A stretch of DNA of 38,874 bases from a virus. The DNA lies in IMG/VR virus record IMGVR_UViG_3300029381_000023, one strand, 5' to 3'. Shown piece by piece: positions 27,206-35,257 of the stretch. Within the stretch, counting starts at the first letter, position 1. Every line of letters starts with the position of its first letter. Under the pieces are notes generated by a model. It did not search any database. It was not told where the DNA came from and saw only the letters and a list, made by a program, of their open reading frames with translations. The position numbers and the translations under genes were made by a program.

Positions 27206-27442
27206 CTATTCCCAACCTAATTCATTTATTTGTTGGTTTATTGCTTGTAATATTTTAACATCAAACCAACCTGCTTTATTTTCTTTTCTATAAACCATTA
27301 CACATTTATGATTAAAATTAAATATTATTTGTGGTGCATAATCTCCACTTTTAGAATAATTAATCTCATCTAATTTTTCTTCAAAATAACCTTTTTGATA
27401 TGTATATCCTAGCTCTTCAAATAACTCTCTAGCACTTTTCAT
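27206..27442 (-). CDS. Hypothetical early protein (78 aa)
   Basis: Coding-strand ORF. ELFEELGY...ELGW pattern, common in Firmicutes phage small proteins (from memory). Confidence 0.6.
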   Translation of the reverse strand: MKSARELFEELGYTYQKGYFEEKLDEINYSKSGDYAPQIIFNFNHKCVMVYRKENKAGWFDVKILQAINQQINELGWE

Positions 27443-27445
27443 ATT

Positions 27446-27670
27446 TTAATCCTCCTTATTTAATTCTTTGTAATCACTTAATATATAACAAGTTAAATTC
27501 ATATCGTATGTATTTATTGTTCTATATTCGCTAAAGTTCGTTGAAACATAAAATTTTTCGTTTTCTTTATTAAATTTATAACAAACATCATTTATTAATA
27601 CCATTTGCCCATCTTTTAATCTTTCATTTGCTACCATAAGTAATAATTCTATTAATCTTAATTTTTTCAT
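27446..27670 (-). CDS. Hypothetical early protein (74 aa)
   Basis: Coding-strand ORF, 3-nt spacing to its neighbours. Confidence 0.55.
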   Translation of the reverse strand: MKKLRLIELLLMVANERLKDGQMVLINDVCYKFNKENEKFYVSTNFSEYRTINTYDMNLTCYILSDYKELNKED

Positions 27671-27673
27671 ATT

Positions 27674-27958
27674 TTAATCATTCTCCTTTATTTTATAACA
27701 AATATTATCACTTTCTCCTGTGGTGTAATTAAAGTGTTTAAAGTGTAGTTCATCTTTACAAAATATAAATTCACTTAAATAGGTATCTTGTAATTGAAGG
27801 TTTATCATTTCTAATAACCTTCCACCATCTATTAATACTTCTTGTTCAAAATTATCTTTAACAAAAATGTTATTATATATTGTTTCATTTTCTTCACTTA
27901 ATCTTGAACTATGATTTATTATTAACAATTTATATTTTGAATAAATATTTATATTCAT
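27674..27958 (-). CDS. Hypothetical early protein (94 aa)
   Basis: Coding-strand ORF, tightly packed. Confidence 0.55.
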   Translation of the reverse strand: MNINIYSKYKLLIINHSSRLSEENETIYNNIFVKDNFEQEVLIDGGRLLEMINLQLQDTYLSEFIFCKDELHFKHFNYTTGESDNICYKIKEND

Positions 27959-27960
27959 TA

Positions 27961-28536
27961 CTATTTCTCCTTTAAGTTTTTAATTTCATCTATTAGTTCG
28001 TTAATTTTAATAGCAAACGCTTTGTCCATGTTTCTTGCAGTCCATTCTCCATTTGGAAATCCTAATGTTTTTTCTCTAATGGTTATTTTTTCTATCTTCT
28101 TTGGCTCTTCAATTATTTCTTTACTTTCAAAGTCAATTATTTGGTCAATAGCATTTTTACATTCTTCTATTATTTCTTCAGTAGTCCATTTTTTGCCGTA
28201 AGTCTTAATACTTTCAGGCATATATTCTTCATAACCACAATAATCGCCACAATGTGCATAATCCCAACCTATAAACCAATTTTCACTTTTAACTCCCATT
28301 AATTCGTTATCACTATATGTTAAGCCACCATTTACATCTATATCGCAACCAATTTTATAAATTTCATCATAGCTCTTTCTATATAATTTGTTTCCTTTAG
28401 GTATTTCAATATATGCAGTTGGATATGTTCCTAAATTCAAAACATAATAGTTATAATTTTTATATTTATCTTTACATAAAAGTTCTGTTTTTCTTTCTTT
28501 CCCATATTCCATTTCTTTAATTTTCATTCTTAACAT
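27961..28536 (-). CDS. Hypothetical protein (191 aa) with a WFIGWDYAHCGDY motif
   Basis: Coding-strand ORF. The motif looks conserved but I cannot name the family. Confidence 0.6.
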   Translation of the reverse strand: MLRMKIKEMEYGKERKTELLCKDKYKNYNYYVLNLGTYPTAYIEIPKGNKLYRKSYDEIYKIGCDIDVNGGLTYSDNELMGVKSENWFIGWDYAHCGDYCGYEEYMPESIKTYGKKWTTEEIIEECKNAIDQIIDFESKEIIEEPKKIEKITIREKTLGFPNGEWTARNMDKAFAIKINELIDEIKNLKEK

Positions 28537-28783
28537 CTCCTTTTGCTTTTTGTATTATAACTTCAATATCATGTATTTTTCCTATATCACAAATACTATT
28601 TTCTATTGAAATGCCATTGCATATCTTTTCTATATCATTTAATGATTGTTCTAAATTTTGATTTTGTTTTAACATTTCTTCAATATCACTGTTTAAATCA
28701 TGTTCAATGCCATTCTCATCTTTAAAATCATATTGTGAACTATAACCATCCAAATAATATTTTAATCTTTCTTTATAATTCAT
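28517..28783 (-). CDS. Hypothetical protein (88 aa)
   Basis: Coding-strand ORF overlapping its neighbours. Confidence 0.55.
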   Translation of the reverse strand: MNYKERLKYYLDGYSSQYDFKDENGIEHDLNSDIEEMLKQNQNLEQSLNDIEKICNGISIENSICDIGKIHDIEVIIQKAKGDVKNEN

Positions 28784-28968
28784 TATTTGTCATCTCCTTT
28801 TTCCTTTATTTTATGTTCTATTTCTTTAATAAAGAATATTATTCCGTCAATTGCATAAGATACATCAGTTTTAATTCTTTTGCCTTTGAAATCACAAATA
28901 TAGCTATCCCCCATTTCTCTATTTTCTAAGTTTTTATATAATTCATATATTTCTTCTAGTGTAATCAT
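28783..28968 (-). CDS. Hypothetical protein (61 aa)
   Basis: Coding-strand ORF. AAAGGAAAAGA SD. Confidence 0.5.
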   Translation of the reverse strand: MITLEEIYELYKNLENREMGDSYICDFKGKRIKTDVSYAIDGIIFFIKEIEHKIKEKGDDK

Positions 28969-29105
28969 TTTCTTTTCCTTTCTTATAATATTGTTTTATT
29001 ACCCATTTATTTCAATTTTAAGCGACTTTTTATTATTTGCGACTAATTATATTATTTTAATATTTTTGTTTGCCTATCGCCATTATTTTTATGTTTTATG
29101 GCATA

Positions 29106-29246
29106 TTACAAATTGCTTCTACTTGTAATAAATAATTTTTTGCTATGTTCTAATTTTATTACCCTTTTTCTAAAAAAATAATAACTGCCAAATTTTTCTT
29201 CCCAACTTTTGCCTGTTTCTAAGTCCGTAATGTTTATGTAATACAT
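29106..29246 (-). CDS. Micro-ORF, 46 aa (MYYINITDLETGKSWEEKFGSYYFFRKRVIKLEHSKKLFITSRSNL)
   Basis: Hand-translated. Its ATG overlaps the helicase stop as TAATG. Confidence 0.3.
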   Translation of the reverse strand: MYYINITDLETGKSWEEKFGSYYFFRKRVIKLEHSKKLFITSRSNL

Positions 29247-30457
29247 TATTTGCCCTCACTTTCATAAAATCTTTGTTTTGGTTTATCAAAAACAACAGGT
29301 ATTCTAACATTTCTTTTGCCACCACGACATTTTGGAACTAACAAACCAATTTCTTTAACATCAACATTATTTTGTTTGTTTTCATCATGTATAAGAATAA
29401 TTGTGTCTGCTGTTTGTTCTATTTCCCCACTGTCTTTTAAATCTTGCATTGTTGGTGTATCACTACCATTTCTATTTATTTGTGCAATTAAGAATATTGT
29501 GCAATCATAGTCTTTAGTAATGTTGTTTAACTCCCTAACTGCTTCTCCAATTCTTTCTCTATCATTTTGCCCTTGTTTGCCAACTATGTAACCTGTGTAG
29601 TCAATAAAAACTATTAAATGTTCTTCTCTTTGTTCTTTGATAATTTTGTTTTTAATTGATTGCACTGTCTTGCTCCCGTTTATAACTTCATATTTAAAAT
29701 TATAAACTCTGTTTGCTGCTTCCATTATTTTTTCGTCTTGAAATTCTGATTGTGGCTTATTAATATCAGAAATTGGAATATTACTTTCAATTCCAAGCAT
29801 TCTTTCATAAACTTCTTCTTCTGTCATTTCCATATTGAAATAAATACTTTTATATTTTTTTGCCAAGTCGCAAAATAAATTTAATGCAAGTGCTGATTTT
29901 CCTTCGCTCGGTCTAGCCCCAATAACATTTATTGTTCTTTTTTTGATTCTTAGCCTTTCATTTAAAAATCTAAATCTGTCAAATTGTATTATCTTTTCAC
30001 GATTTCTAATCATATAGATCATTTCTTCTGGAGTTTTTTTGTTATTTTGTTTTATAACCATAACTTCATTTGAAATTTTATTTATGTTTTCAACTAATTC
30101 ATCAATTTCAATTTGGTTTTTCGCATATTTATTAATTTCCGCTTTAATTAAGTCATCTTTATGTTGGTCGATTAATTTTTGTTGGTATTCATAAAAACTT
30201 GTTGGGGATATTATTAAATCCATTGTTTCTATGTAATAGTCCATAAATCTATCTCTGGCTTTAAAGTCTTTGATGTAGTTCAATAAAATTGTAATATCTA
30301 ATTTTTTCTCAGTTTCCCAAACTTTTTTTAATAATAATATAACTTGTTTATTATAACTATTTTTAAAACAACTCATATCAATAAACAATTCGTTTATAAG
30401 TTCGGGTTTATAAAATATGCAACCAATTATATTTAATTCTAAATCATATTGTTTCAT
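29246..30457 (-). CDS. Replicative DNA helicase, DnaB-type (403 aa)
   Basis: Walker A GARPSEGKSALALN, Walker B LIVFIDYTGY, RecA-like C-terminal domain pattern. Confidence 0.9.
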   Translation of the reverse strand: MKQYDLELNIIGCIFYKPELINELFIDMSCFKNSYNKQVILLLKKVWETEKKLDITILLNYIKDFKARDRFMDYYIETMDLIISPTSFYEYQQKLIDQHKDDLIKAEINKYAKNQIEIDELVENINKISNEVMVIKQNNKKTPEEMIYMIRNREKIIQFDRFRFLNERLRIKKRTINVIGARPSEGKSALALNLFCDLAKKYKSIYFNMEMTEEEVYERMLGIESNIPISDINKPQSEFQDEKIMEAANRVYNFKYEVINGSKTVQSIKNKIIKEQREEHLIVFIDYTGYIVGKQGQNDRERIGEAVRELNNITKDYDCTIFLIAQINRNGSDTPTMQDLKDSGEIEQTADTIILIHDENKQNNVDVKEIGLLVPKCRGGKRNVRIPVVFDKPKQRFYESEGK

Positions 30458-31100
30458 AAATTACTCCTTCTTTTTTATCATTGTTTTCTTTTCTTGGTGG
30501 ATAAAATTCACGATAACCATTTTTTAAAGAAGTTTTTATAATTTGTTCTTGTTCTTTTACATTATAGGGTTTTAAAAACAAAATCAATTCATCTATAATA
30601 TTTTGATTATTAGGTATTTTTATACTTTTTCTATAATTAAAATATTCTAATAATAAATTAATTATATTATCTAATTTATTATTTTTAATATAAGAATTAA
30701 TAAAAGAAATATTATTAATATTTATATTTTCATTTTCATTTTCCATATGTTTAACATATGAAAAACATATGTTTTCAAAAGTTATCTTATTTTTTCTATT
30801 TTCACTTCTCGATTTTGAATATTTTTTTCTTTTATCAATTTCCTTTTGAAGCCTTATATTATAGTACTTTCCGTCATTATCTTTTGTAAATTTTTCAAAG
30901 ATATCTTTATCATATCTTTTACATATGTTTAACATATCTTTTTCTGATAAATGTCCTTTTTGATGTTGTATACACAATAATTTTATGTATTTTCCTAATT
31001 GAACATCACTCATAAACATAGTTCCTGTAAGAAAATCGCTAGAATAAAATAAGAATGCTGGGTCTTTGTTTTCATATTCTTCTTTTGCTTCATTTTCCAT
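30444..31100 (-). CDS. Replication-associated protein, DUF1376 (YdaU)-like N-terminus (218 aa; start trimmed)
   Basis: PAFLFYSSDFLTGTMFMSDVQLGKYIKLLCIQHQKGHL fits the DUF1376 pattern. ATG 31100 has AAGGAG 7 nt upstream. The track start at 31139 overlaps a better micro-ORF. Confidence 0.65.
   Translation of the reverse strand: MENEAKEEYENKDPAFLFYSSDFLTGTMFMSDVQLGKYIKLLCIQHQKGHLSEKDMLNICKRYDKDIFEKFTKDNDGKYYNIRLQKEIDKRKKYSKSRSENRKNKITFENICFSYVKHMENENENININNISFINSYIKNNKLDNIINLLLEYFNYRKSIKIPNNQNIIDELILFLKPYNVKEQEQIIKTSLKNGYREFYPPRKENNDKKEGVIYETI
30744..30776. repeat. Iteron array A: three 11-bp-phased CATATG repeats inside the replication gene
   Basis: catatgtttaa / catatgaaaaa / catatgttttc start at 30744, 30755 and 30766. 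Confidence 0.9.
30900..30943. repeat. Iteron array B: four tandem 11-mers (g/c)atat(c/g)ttt..
   Basis: gatatctttat / catatctttta / catatgtttaa / catatcttttt start at 30900, 30911, 30922 and 30933. Confidence 0.9.
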
Positions 31101-31101
31101 T

Positions 31102-31272
31102 TTAAAACTCCTTTTCTTCAAATTGCAAAAATTCAACATGATAATTGCTTATTGCTATAATATAATTAAGAAATTTAATTGCTTCCTTATAATTATCTTC
31201 AAAATGAAACACCAATTCATTTTGAGTTAAACTTTCTTCAATATCATCTTTAATTACCACATTATAATACAT
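31102..31272 (-). CDS. Small ORF, 56 aa (MYYNVVIKDDIEESLTQNELVFHFEDNYKEAIKFLNYIIAISNYHVEFLQFEEKEF)
   Basis: Hand-translated. GGAGAA SD 5 nt upstream. It abuts the AbrB-like stop and ends 1 nt before ATG 31100. Confidence 0.45.
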   Translation of the reverse strand: MYYNVVIKDDIEESLTQNELVFHFEDNYKEAIKFLNYIIAISNYHVEFLQFEEKEF

Positions 31273-31274
31273 TT

Positions 31275-31436
31275 TTATTCTCCTTTCTTTGTTTTAATTG
31301 GTATTAATTTGATATAGTCTTTGTAAATTTCCATATAAAATTTATTACCCCATTTATCGATAATTTGTTGTGGTATTCTCATTTTGTTTGTTGTTGTTTC
31401 TGCATTTTTTTGCAATCTTATAATTGGTTGTTCCAT
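31275..31436 (-). CDS. AbrB/SpoVT-like DNA-binding protein (53 aa; start trimmed)
   Basis: MRIPQQIIDKWGNKFYMEIYKDYIKLIPIK is a swapped-hairpin-type pattern. ATG 31436 follows AGGAGGTG. The track's N-terminal extension covers a promoter. Confidence 0.6.
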   Translation of the reverse strand: MEQPIIRLQKNAETTTNKMRIPQQIIDKWGNKFYMEIYKDYIKLIPIKTKKGE

Positions 31437-31466
31437 TTTTACACCTCCTATCTTTAACCTATTTAA

Positions 31467-31495
31467 ATTATAGCACCCATTTAAAACCAAGTCAA
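31467..31495 (-). promoter_or_regulatory. Near-consensus promoter TTGACT-N17-TATAAT (spacer ends TGC, an extended -10 TGn) for the AbrB-like/replication operon
   Basis: -35 at 31490-31495. -10 at 31467-31472. Exact 17-nt spacer. Confidence 0.75.
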
Positions 31496-31506
31496 TACCC
31501 AAAAAC

Positions 31507-31537
31507 AACAAAAAAAGAAGAATTTTACATCTTCTTT
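31507..31537 (-). terminator. Intrinsic terminator after the SSB-like gene
   Basis: aaagaaga-attttaca-tcttcttt (31514-31537), an 8-bp stem with a U-rich tract on the minus strand. Confidence 0.5.
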
Positions 31538-31548
31538 ATTTTTCTAAA

Positions 31549-32139
31549 TTAGAACGGAAGCATATCGTTAGTAACTTCAATTTCATCACTTGAATTGCTA
31601 TTTCCGTTGCTTTTTATATAATCTTCATATTCGGTATAAGATCCATCAAGCATTTTTACTTGAGTAGGTTCTTTAATATCTTTCATTTTATCAAGGCTTC
31701 TAAATTTATTTAATTTAGCACTTATTCCGATTTTTCCATCTTGCGTTTGGTATTGTTCCCATTGATATACACAACATATTTTTTTGCCACGAAGTTTTGT
31801 TTCATCCCAATCCCAAGTATAACCTGGATTTGAATTTTCAATGCTTGTTATAAATCCCTTTAGATAACTTAAATTTTGTTCTTCAAGTGATAAATATTTT
31901 GTAGAATTGTTATTCCAGCGTCTATCTACATTAGTGTTTTTATCATACATTTCTTTGAAATAACCTTTGTATTCTCCACTTGCAATATCAACCATTACTT
32001 TTAAAGTGGTTTTTCCACTATCTTTGTTAAAATTTTCGCAAGCATTTATTATAACACATTCATAAACTCCTGCTGGAAATGGTGTAAAATCATCCATTCC
32101 CTTTGCTTCAATTTCGCTCCAATTTTCAATTTTTTTCAT
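31549..32139 (-). CDS. ssDNA-binding-type protein (DUF669-like) with an SSB-style acidic C-terminal tip
   Basis: Ends ...SSDEIEVTNDMLPF (compare the bacterial SSB tip DDDIPF). Neighbours a Sak4-like recombinase gene. Confidence 0.6.
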   Translation of the reverse strand: MKKIENWSEIEAKGMDDFTPFPAGVYECVIINACENFNKDSGKTTLKVMVDIASGEYKGYFKEMYDKNTNVDRRWNNNSTKYLSLEEQNLSYLKGFITSIENSNPGYTWDWDETKLRGKKICCVYQWEQYQTQDGKIGISAKLNKFRSLDKMKDIKEPTQVKMLDGSYTEYEDYIKSNGNSNSSDEIEVTNDMLPF

Positions 32140-32816
32140 TATTTTCCTTCCTCAACTTTCTTTCCTTCTTTATAATATTGCCAGCTATAACCGCCAGCTC
32201 TTTTAGTATTGCCTAAGCAACATCTACTTATGTTTTTTATTCCTGTTAGCGTTTCTGCTTCAACTATTGAATTATATATTTTATTTTCTTCTACACACAA
32301 AACTTTTTTTCTTTTGGGAGATTTTTTCCCCTTTTTGGCAATGCTCATTTTTTGACATGAAATTTTATCCATTTTTTTGCCTTTGTTCCATGGCTTTTTT
32401 CCAAACATAGGATTTTTTTCTCCTAAATTTTTATTTCTCAATATTTCTTTTATTTCATTACTTACTTTATGAGTTTTGCCAGTAGAAGCATTTCTCAGTT
32501 TTTCTTTAGTTAAATTGCTAACACTATTTGCATATCCTCCATTTGCAATATTATAACCATAATTGGGATTATTGCTTTTCAAAAAGGATATTAAGCTTTG
32601 TTCTTTATTTTCTGCTTCCTCTTTAGTTAAATTGGTTAATACTATAATATGTTTTATATTATTCCAACCATATTTTTCTATTGCTCTATTAAATAAAATA
32701 CAGCCTTTGTAATTTTTGCCGTTCCCCCATCTTCTTTCTGGAATATTTTTAGTTATTCCAACATAATTTTTATCATTAGGGCAAACGTGAACATAAAGAG
32801 TATAGCCTTTTTCCAA
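32139..32816 (-). CDS. GIY-YIG homing endonuclease with NUMOD3-type repeats and a C-terminal DNA-binding domain
   Basis: YTLYVHVCPNDKNYVGITKNIPERRW (GIY..YIG), KEEAENKEQ...YNIANGG, repeated HKVSNEIKE/GKKPWNKGKK modules. TTG start 6 nt after AGGAGGTG. Confidence 0.9.
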   Translation of the reverse strand: MEKGYTLYVHVCPNDKNYVGITKNIPERRWGNGKNYKGCILFNRAIEKYGWNNIKHIIVLTNLTKEEAENKEQSLISFLKSNNPNYGYNIANGGYANSVSNLTKEKLRNASTGKTHKVSNEIKEILRNKNLGEKNPMFGKKPWNKGKKMDKISCQKMSIAKKGKKSPKRKKVLCVEENKIYNSIVEAETLTGIKNISRCCLGNTKRAGGYSWQYYKEGKKVEEGK

Positions 32817-32848
32817 TACTCACACCTCCTTTTGCCATTTATTTAAGC

Positions 32849-32926
32849 AAAAAGGACTTATACAAGCACTGGTATTTATGTCGAGTAAGCACCAATGCTT
32901 ATATAAATCCTTTTTACTTACTCGAC
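32849..32926 (-). promoter_or_regulatory. Leader with two interleaved hairpins (a 25-bp terminator-like stem and a 10-bp 5' stem) upstream of the GIY-YIG gene
   Basis: 32849-32873 pairs with 32891-32915: 22 Watson-Crick pairs plus 3 positions that are C.A on the plus strand but G.U on the minus strand. 32880-32889 pairs with 32917-32926. A U5 run follows the long stem on the minus strand. Confidence 0.6.
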
Positions 32927-32932
32927 AATATA

Positions 32933-32961
32933 ATTATATCATATTTTTAATATTCTTTCAA
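32933..32961 (-). promoter_or_regulatory. Promoter TTGAAA-N17-TATAAT (TGATATAAT) dedicated to the GIY-YIG gene
   Basis: -10 at 32933-32938. -35 at 32956-32961, inside the 3' end of the upstream gene. Confidence 0.65.
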
Positions 32962-34362
32962 TACTTTAATAACTTCATATAAATCATTATCAATATATTG
33001 TTCATCATCATAACTTCCCATAGGTGTTCTTGCTGTGCTGTTTGGAGATTTAGTTTCAAAAACATATTTTCCATCATTATTTTTAGCAATTAAAACTGTA
33101 TCAAAGTATTTTTCAAGACCAATTTTATTTAATTTTTTTCCATTTGTTAATAATCTTGTAAATCCCTCATCATCAGTTTGCGTATGCCCTATAAAGATAA
33201 CTGTTATATCATCTCTTAAATCTGGAACAATATTTATTAAATTGAATATACAACTTGCTAAATCAATCCATTTATCAAAGTTTTTGTCTTTGCTTCTTCT
33301 CATTTCATCAGCAATCATTATTGAATTGATAGTATCAATAACTATATAGTGAATATCTTCTCTTTTTTCACTAATTCCTTGCATACATTTTGCAATTAAT
33401 TCTCCATCATTGGTTTTAAAATAATTTTTATTTTCTTCATTAAAATCATTTTTCCAACCTTTATAATTTAATCCCTTTTTATCACAATCTATGTAATATA
33501 ATTCATTTTTGGGTATATTTCTAAGTGATACTGTTTTACCACTTGCTGGTTCACCCATAACCAAAATCATTTTAGCCATTTTATTAGTCCTCCTTAATTC
33601 TAATATTTTTTTAACTTCTTTCATTAAATATGGTGTTTCAATAAGTTCATATTTTTCAATATTTTCACTCATATAAACAATCATTGTTTTATAAATTTTA
33701 ATGTTAGTATATTTTTCAATAAGATATTTATAAATACTTAATTGTAAATAGTAGTGATTTAAACTATCATCTTTTATGTTTTGCAATGGAATAAGCATTT
33801 TTTTAGTGTATCTTCGATTTTTTTCATCATCATTGTATCCTTTGAGAATACTATTTGTTTTATAATCTATAAGCCAAACATTGCCATCTTTGTCCAAGAA
33901 CAAATGGTCTATTGCCGAACAAATATCATATTCTTCGCTTCCTACTAATTGTTCATCTTGAATATGTATAAATTTATCTTTAAAATCTCTATAAAAATTA
34001 TTTGCTTGTCCTTGTATTTTAACGCATGCTGAATAATATTTATGGTCATTATTAAAATCTAACCATTCACACTTTTCCCCACTCCAGATGCCTTGTGCAA
34101 AATTATGGCAATAACTACCTTTGGCACATGCAAATTTGTTTTTATATTCCCATTCTTCAAGAACTTCACTAACACTTTTATTATCTCTTATTGCCACTTT
34201 TTCAGCAATTGCTTGTTGGTCAAATGGATTACTATATTCTTCAATTAATCTCGTAACACTAATTCCAACTCTTTTACCATTACATTCATAATGATGATCT
34301 TCTTCAAAAAATTTAAACTTATCAAATACCCTTAATTCTTGTTTAACTTCTTCAAGCGTCAT
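32947..34362 (-). CDS. Fusion protein: N-terminal PD-(D/E)XK (RecB/Cas4-like) nuclease and C-terminal Sak4-like AAA_24 ATPase
   Basis: AIDHLFLDKDGNVWLIDYKTN...YYLQLSIYKY (D..DxK..QxxxY), then ILVMGEPASGKT Walker A and IVIDTINS Walker B. Confidence 0.8.
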   Translation of the reverse strand: MTLEEVKQELRVFDKFKFFEEDHHYECNGKRVGISVTRLIEEYSNPFDQQAIAEKVAIRDNKSVSEVLEEWEYKNKFACAKGSYCHNFAQGIWSGEKCEWLDFNNDHKYYSACVKIQGQANNFYRDFKDKFIHIQDEQLVGSEEYDICSAIDHLFLDKDGNVWLIDYKTNSILKGYNDDEKNRRYTKKMLIPLQNIKDDSLNHYYLQLSIYKYLIEKYTNIKIYKTMIVYMSENIEKYELIETPYLMKEVKKILELRRTNKMAKMILVMGEPASGKTVSLRNIPKNELYYIDCDKKGLNYKGWKNDFNEENKNYFKTNDGELIAKCMQGISEKREDIHYIVIDTINSIMIADEMRRSKDKNFDKWIDLASCIFNLINIVPDLRDDITVIFIGHTQTDDEGFTRLLTNGKKLNKIGLEKYFDTVLIAKNNDGKYVFETKSPNSTARTPMGSYDDEQYIDNDLYEVIKVLKEY

Positions 34363-34363
34363 C

Positions 34364-34486
34364 TTACTTTTTCCTTTCAGTTAAAATCATTCTTATGTAA
34401 GCACTCAATGAAAGTCCTTTTGCTTTTGCTTCTTCTTCAAGTTGCTTTTTTAAACTTTCATCAGTTTTAACATGTATTAATATCAT
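34364..34486 (-). CDS. Ribbon-helix-helix (CopG/MetJ-like) micro-protein, 40 aa
   Basis: Hand-translated: MILIHVKTDESLKKQLEEEAKAKGLSLSAYIRMILTERKK. AAAGGAGGAAAA SD. Stop lies 1 nt before the next ATG. Confidence 0.6.
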   Translation of the reverse strand: MILIHVKTDESLKKQLEEEAKAKGLSLSAYIRMILTERKK

Positions 34487-34516
34487 TTTTCCTCCTTTCA
34501 ATTATATATAATTATG

Positions 34517-34744
34517 CTACTTTTTACTATAATATTTTTTCTTTTTGTTTATAATATATTTCATATATGCTTTTTGGTCTAAAATTTTTTTACAACAATT
34601 GCAACACCCAGTTCTTTCTAAAAACACTTTCTTATTTCTGTACCCACATTCTGGACATTGAACAAATTGTGCTAAAAATTCTTCTCTATCGATTTTCTTT
34701 TCTTTTTTTGTTGGTATATAATCCTTAAAATCCCATTTATCCAT
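34517..34744 (-). CDS. Zinc-ribbon protein (75 aa)
   Basis: CPECGYRNKK...CCNCCKK. Confidence 0.6.
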   Translation of the reverse strand: MDKWDFKDYIPTKKEKKIDREEFLAQFVQCPECGYRNKKVFLERTGCCNCCKKILDQKAYMKYIINKKKKYYSKK

Positions 34745-34761
34745 AATGTTTCAAGCCTTTT

Positions 34762-35001
34762 TTAAAATCTATCATCATAAGCATCGCCAGTGTAATCACT
34801 CATTGGTCGACTTACATAATTATCTTCAACATCTTGTTTAAAATCATCATATTCTTCTTGCAAAACATCATATTCGCAAACTAAGTCATCCACCATACAA
34901 ATTAAATCTTCAATAGTAACTAATCCCCCTTTAGATTTATAATCAAATCCAGTTATTTTTTTAACTTTCTCAATAAGTTTTTCATTAATTTCTAAATACA
35001 T
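34762..35001 (-). CDS. Acidic hypothetical protein (79 aa)
   Basis: Coding-strand ORF, Asp/Glu/Tyr-rich C-terminus. Confidence 0.55.
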   Translation of the reverse strand: MYLEINEKLIEKVKKITGFDYKSKGGLVTIEDLICMVDDLVCEYDVLQEEYDDFKQDVEDNYVSRPMSDYTGDAYDDRF

Positions 35002-35002
35002 T

Positions 35003-35257
35003 TTAATCCTCTCCTTTTATTATTTCTTTTAAATCTTTTATTTTGGCTCTAAGTTTTTTATTTTCTTTTTTTAGCCTATCATTTTCGGCTGTTTCACCTA
35101 ATTTTTTCATAAACTCTTTGTATAATTCATCTTTAATTGAGTTTTCTAAAGTTTCAACTTGATTTTCCAAAGTGTTTATTTTTTTGTTTAATTTAACAGT
35201 GTCAAATATTTTTATACTACCTCCAAATTCTTGAATAAATAACCATTTGACCAACAA
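35003..35257 (-). CDS. Coiled-coil hypothetical protein (84 aa; start uncertain)
   Basis: Heptad-like LENQVETLENSIKDELYKEF...LKKENKKLRAKIKDLKE. The 5' 41 nt overlap the upstream gene. Confidence 0.5.
   Translation of the reverse strand: MLVKWLFIQEFGGSIKIFDTVKLNKKINTLENQVETLENSIKDELYKEFMKKLGETAENDRLKKENKKLRAKIKDLKEIIKGED

Noticed and set aside
29040-29245. Promoter candidates and gcgact x2 repeats in the gap after the helicase gene
   Set aside because: The TATAAT at 29046-29051 has no acceptable -35. TTGAAA...TATTAT has a 19-nt spacer. Part of the gap is better explained by the 46-aa coupled micro-ORF.
31437-31511. N-terminal extensions given by the track for 31275..31511, 30444..31139, 2236..3306, 11117..11500 and 35217..35450
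   Set aside because: The extensions cover a promoter or another ORF and lack an SD. Internal ATGs with good SDs give starts that abut the upstream stops.
32849-32926. Reading the two interleaved helices upstream of the GIY-YIG gene as a true H-type pseudoknot
   Set aside because: A 25-bp stem cannot be crossed by the 0-1 nt connecting loops available. Alternative, mutually exclusive folds are sterically more plausible.
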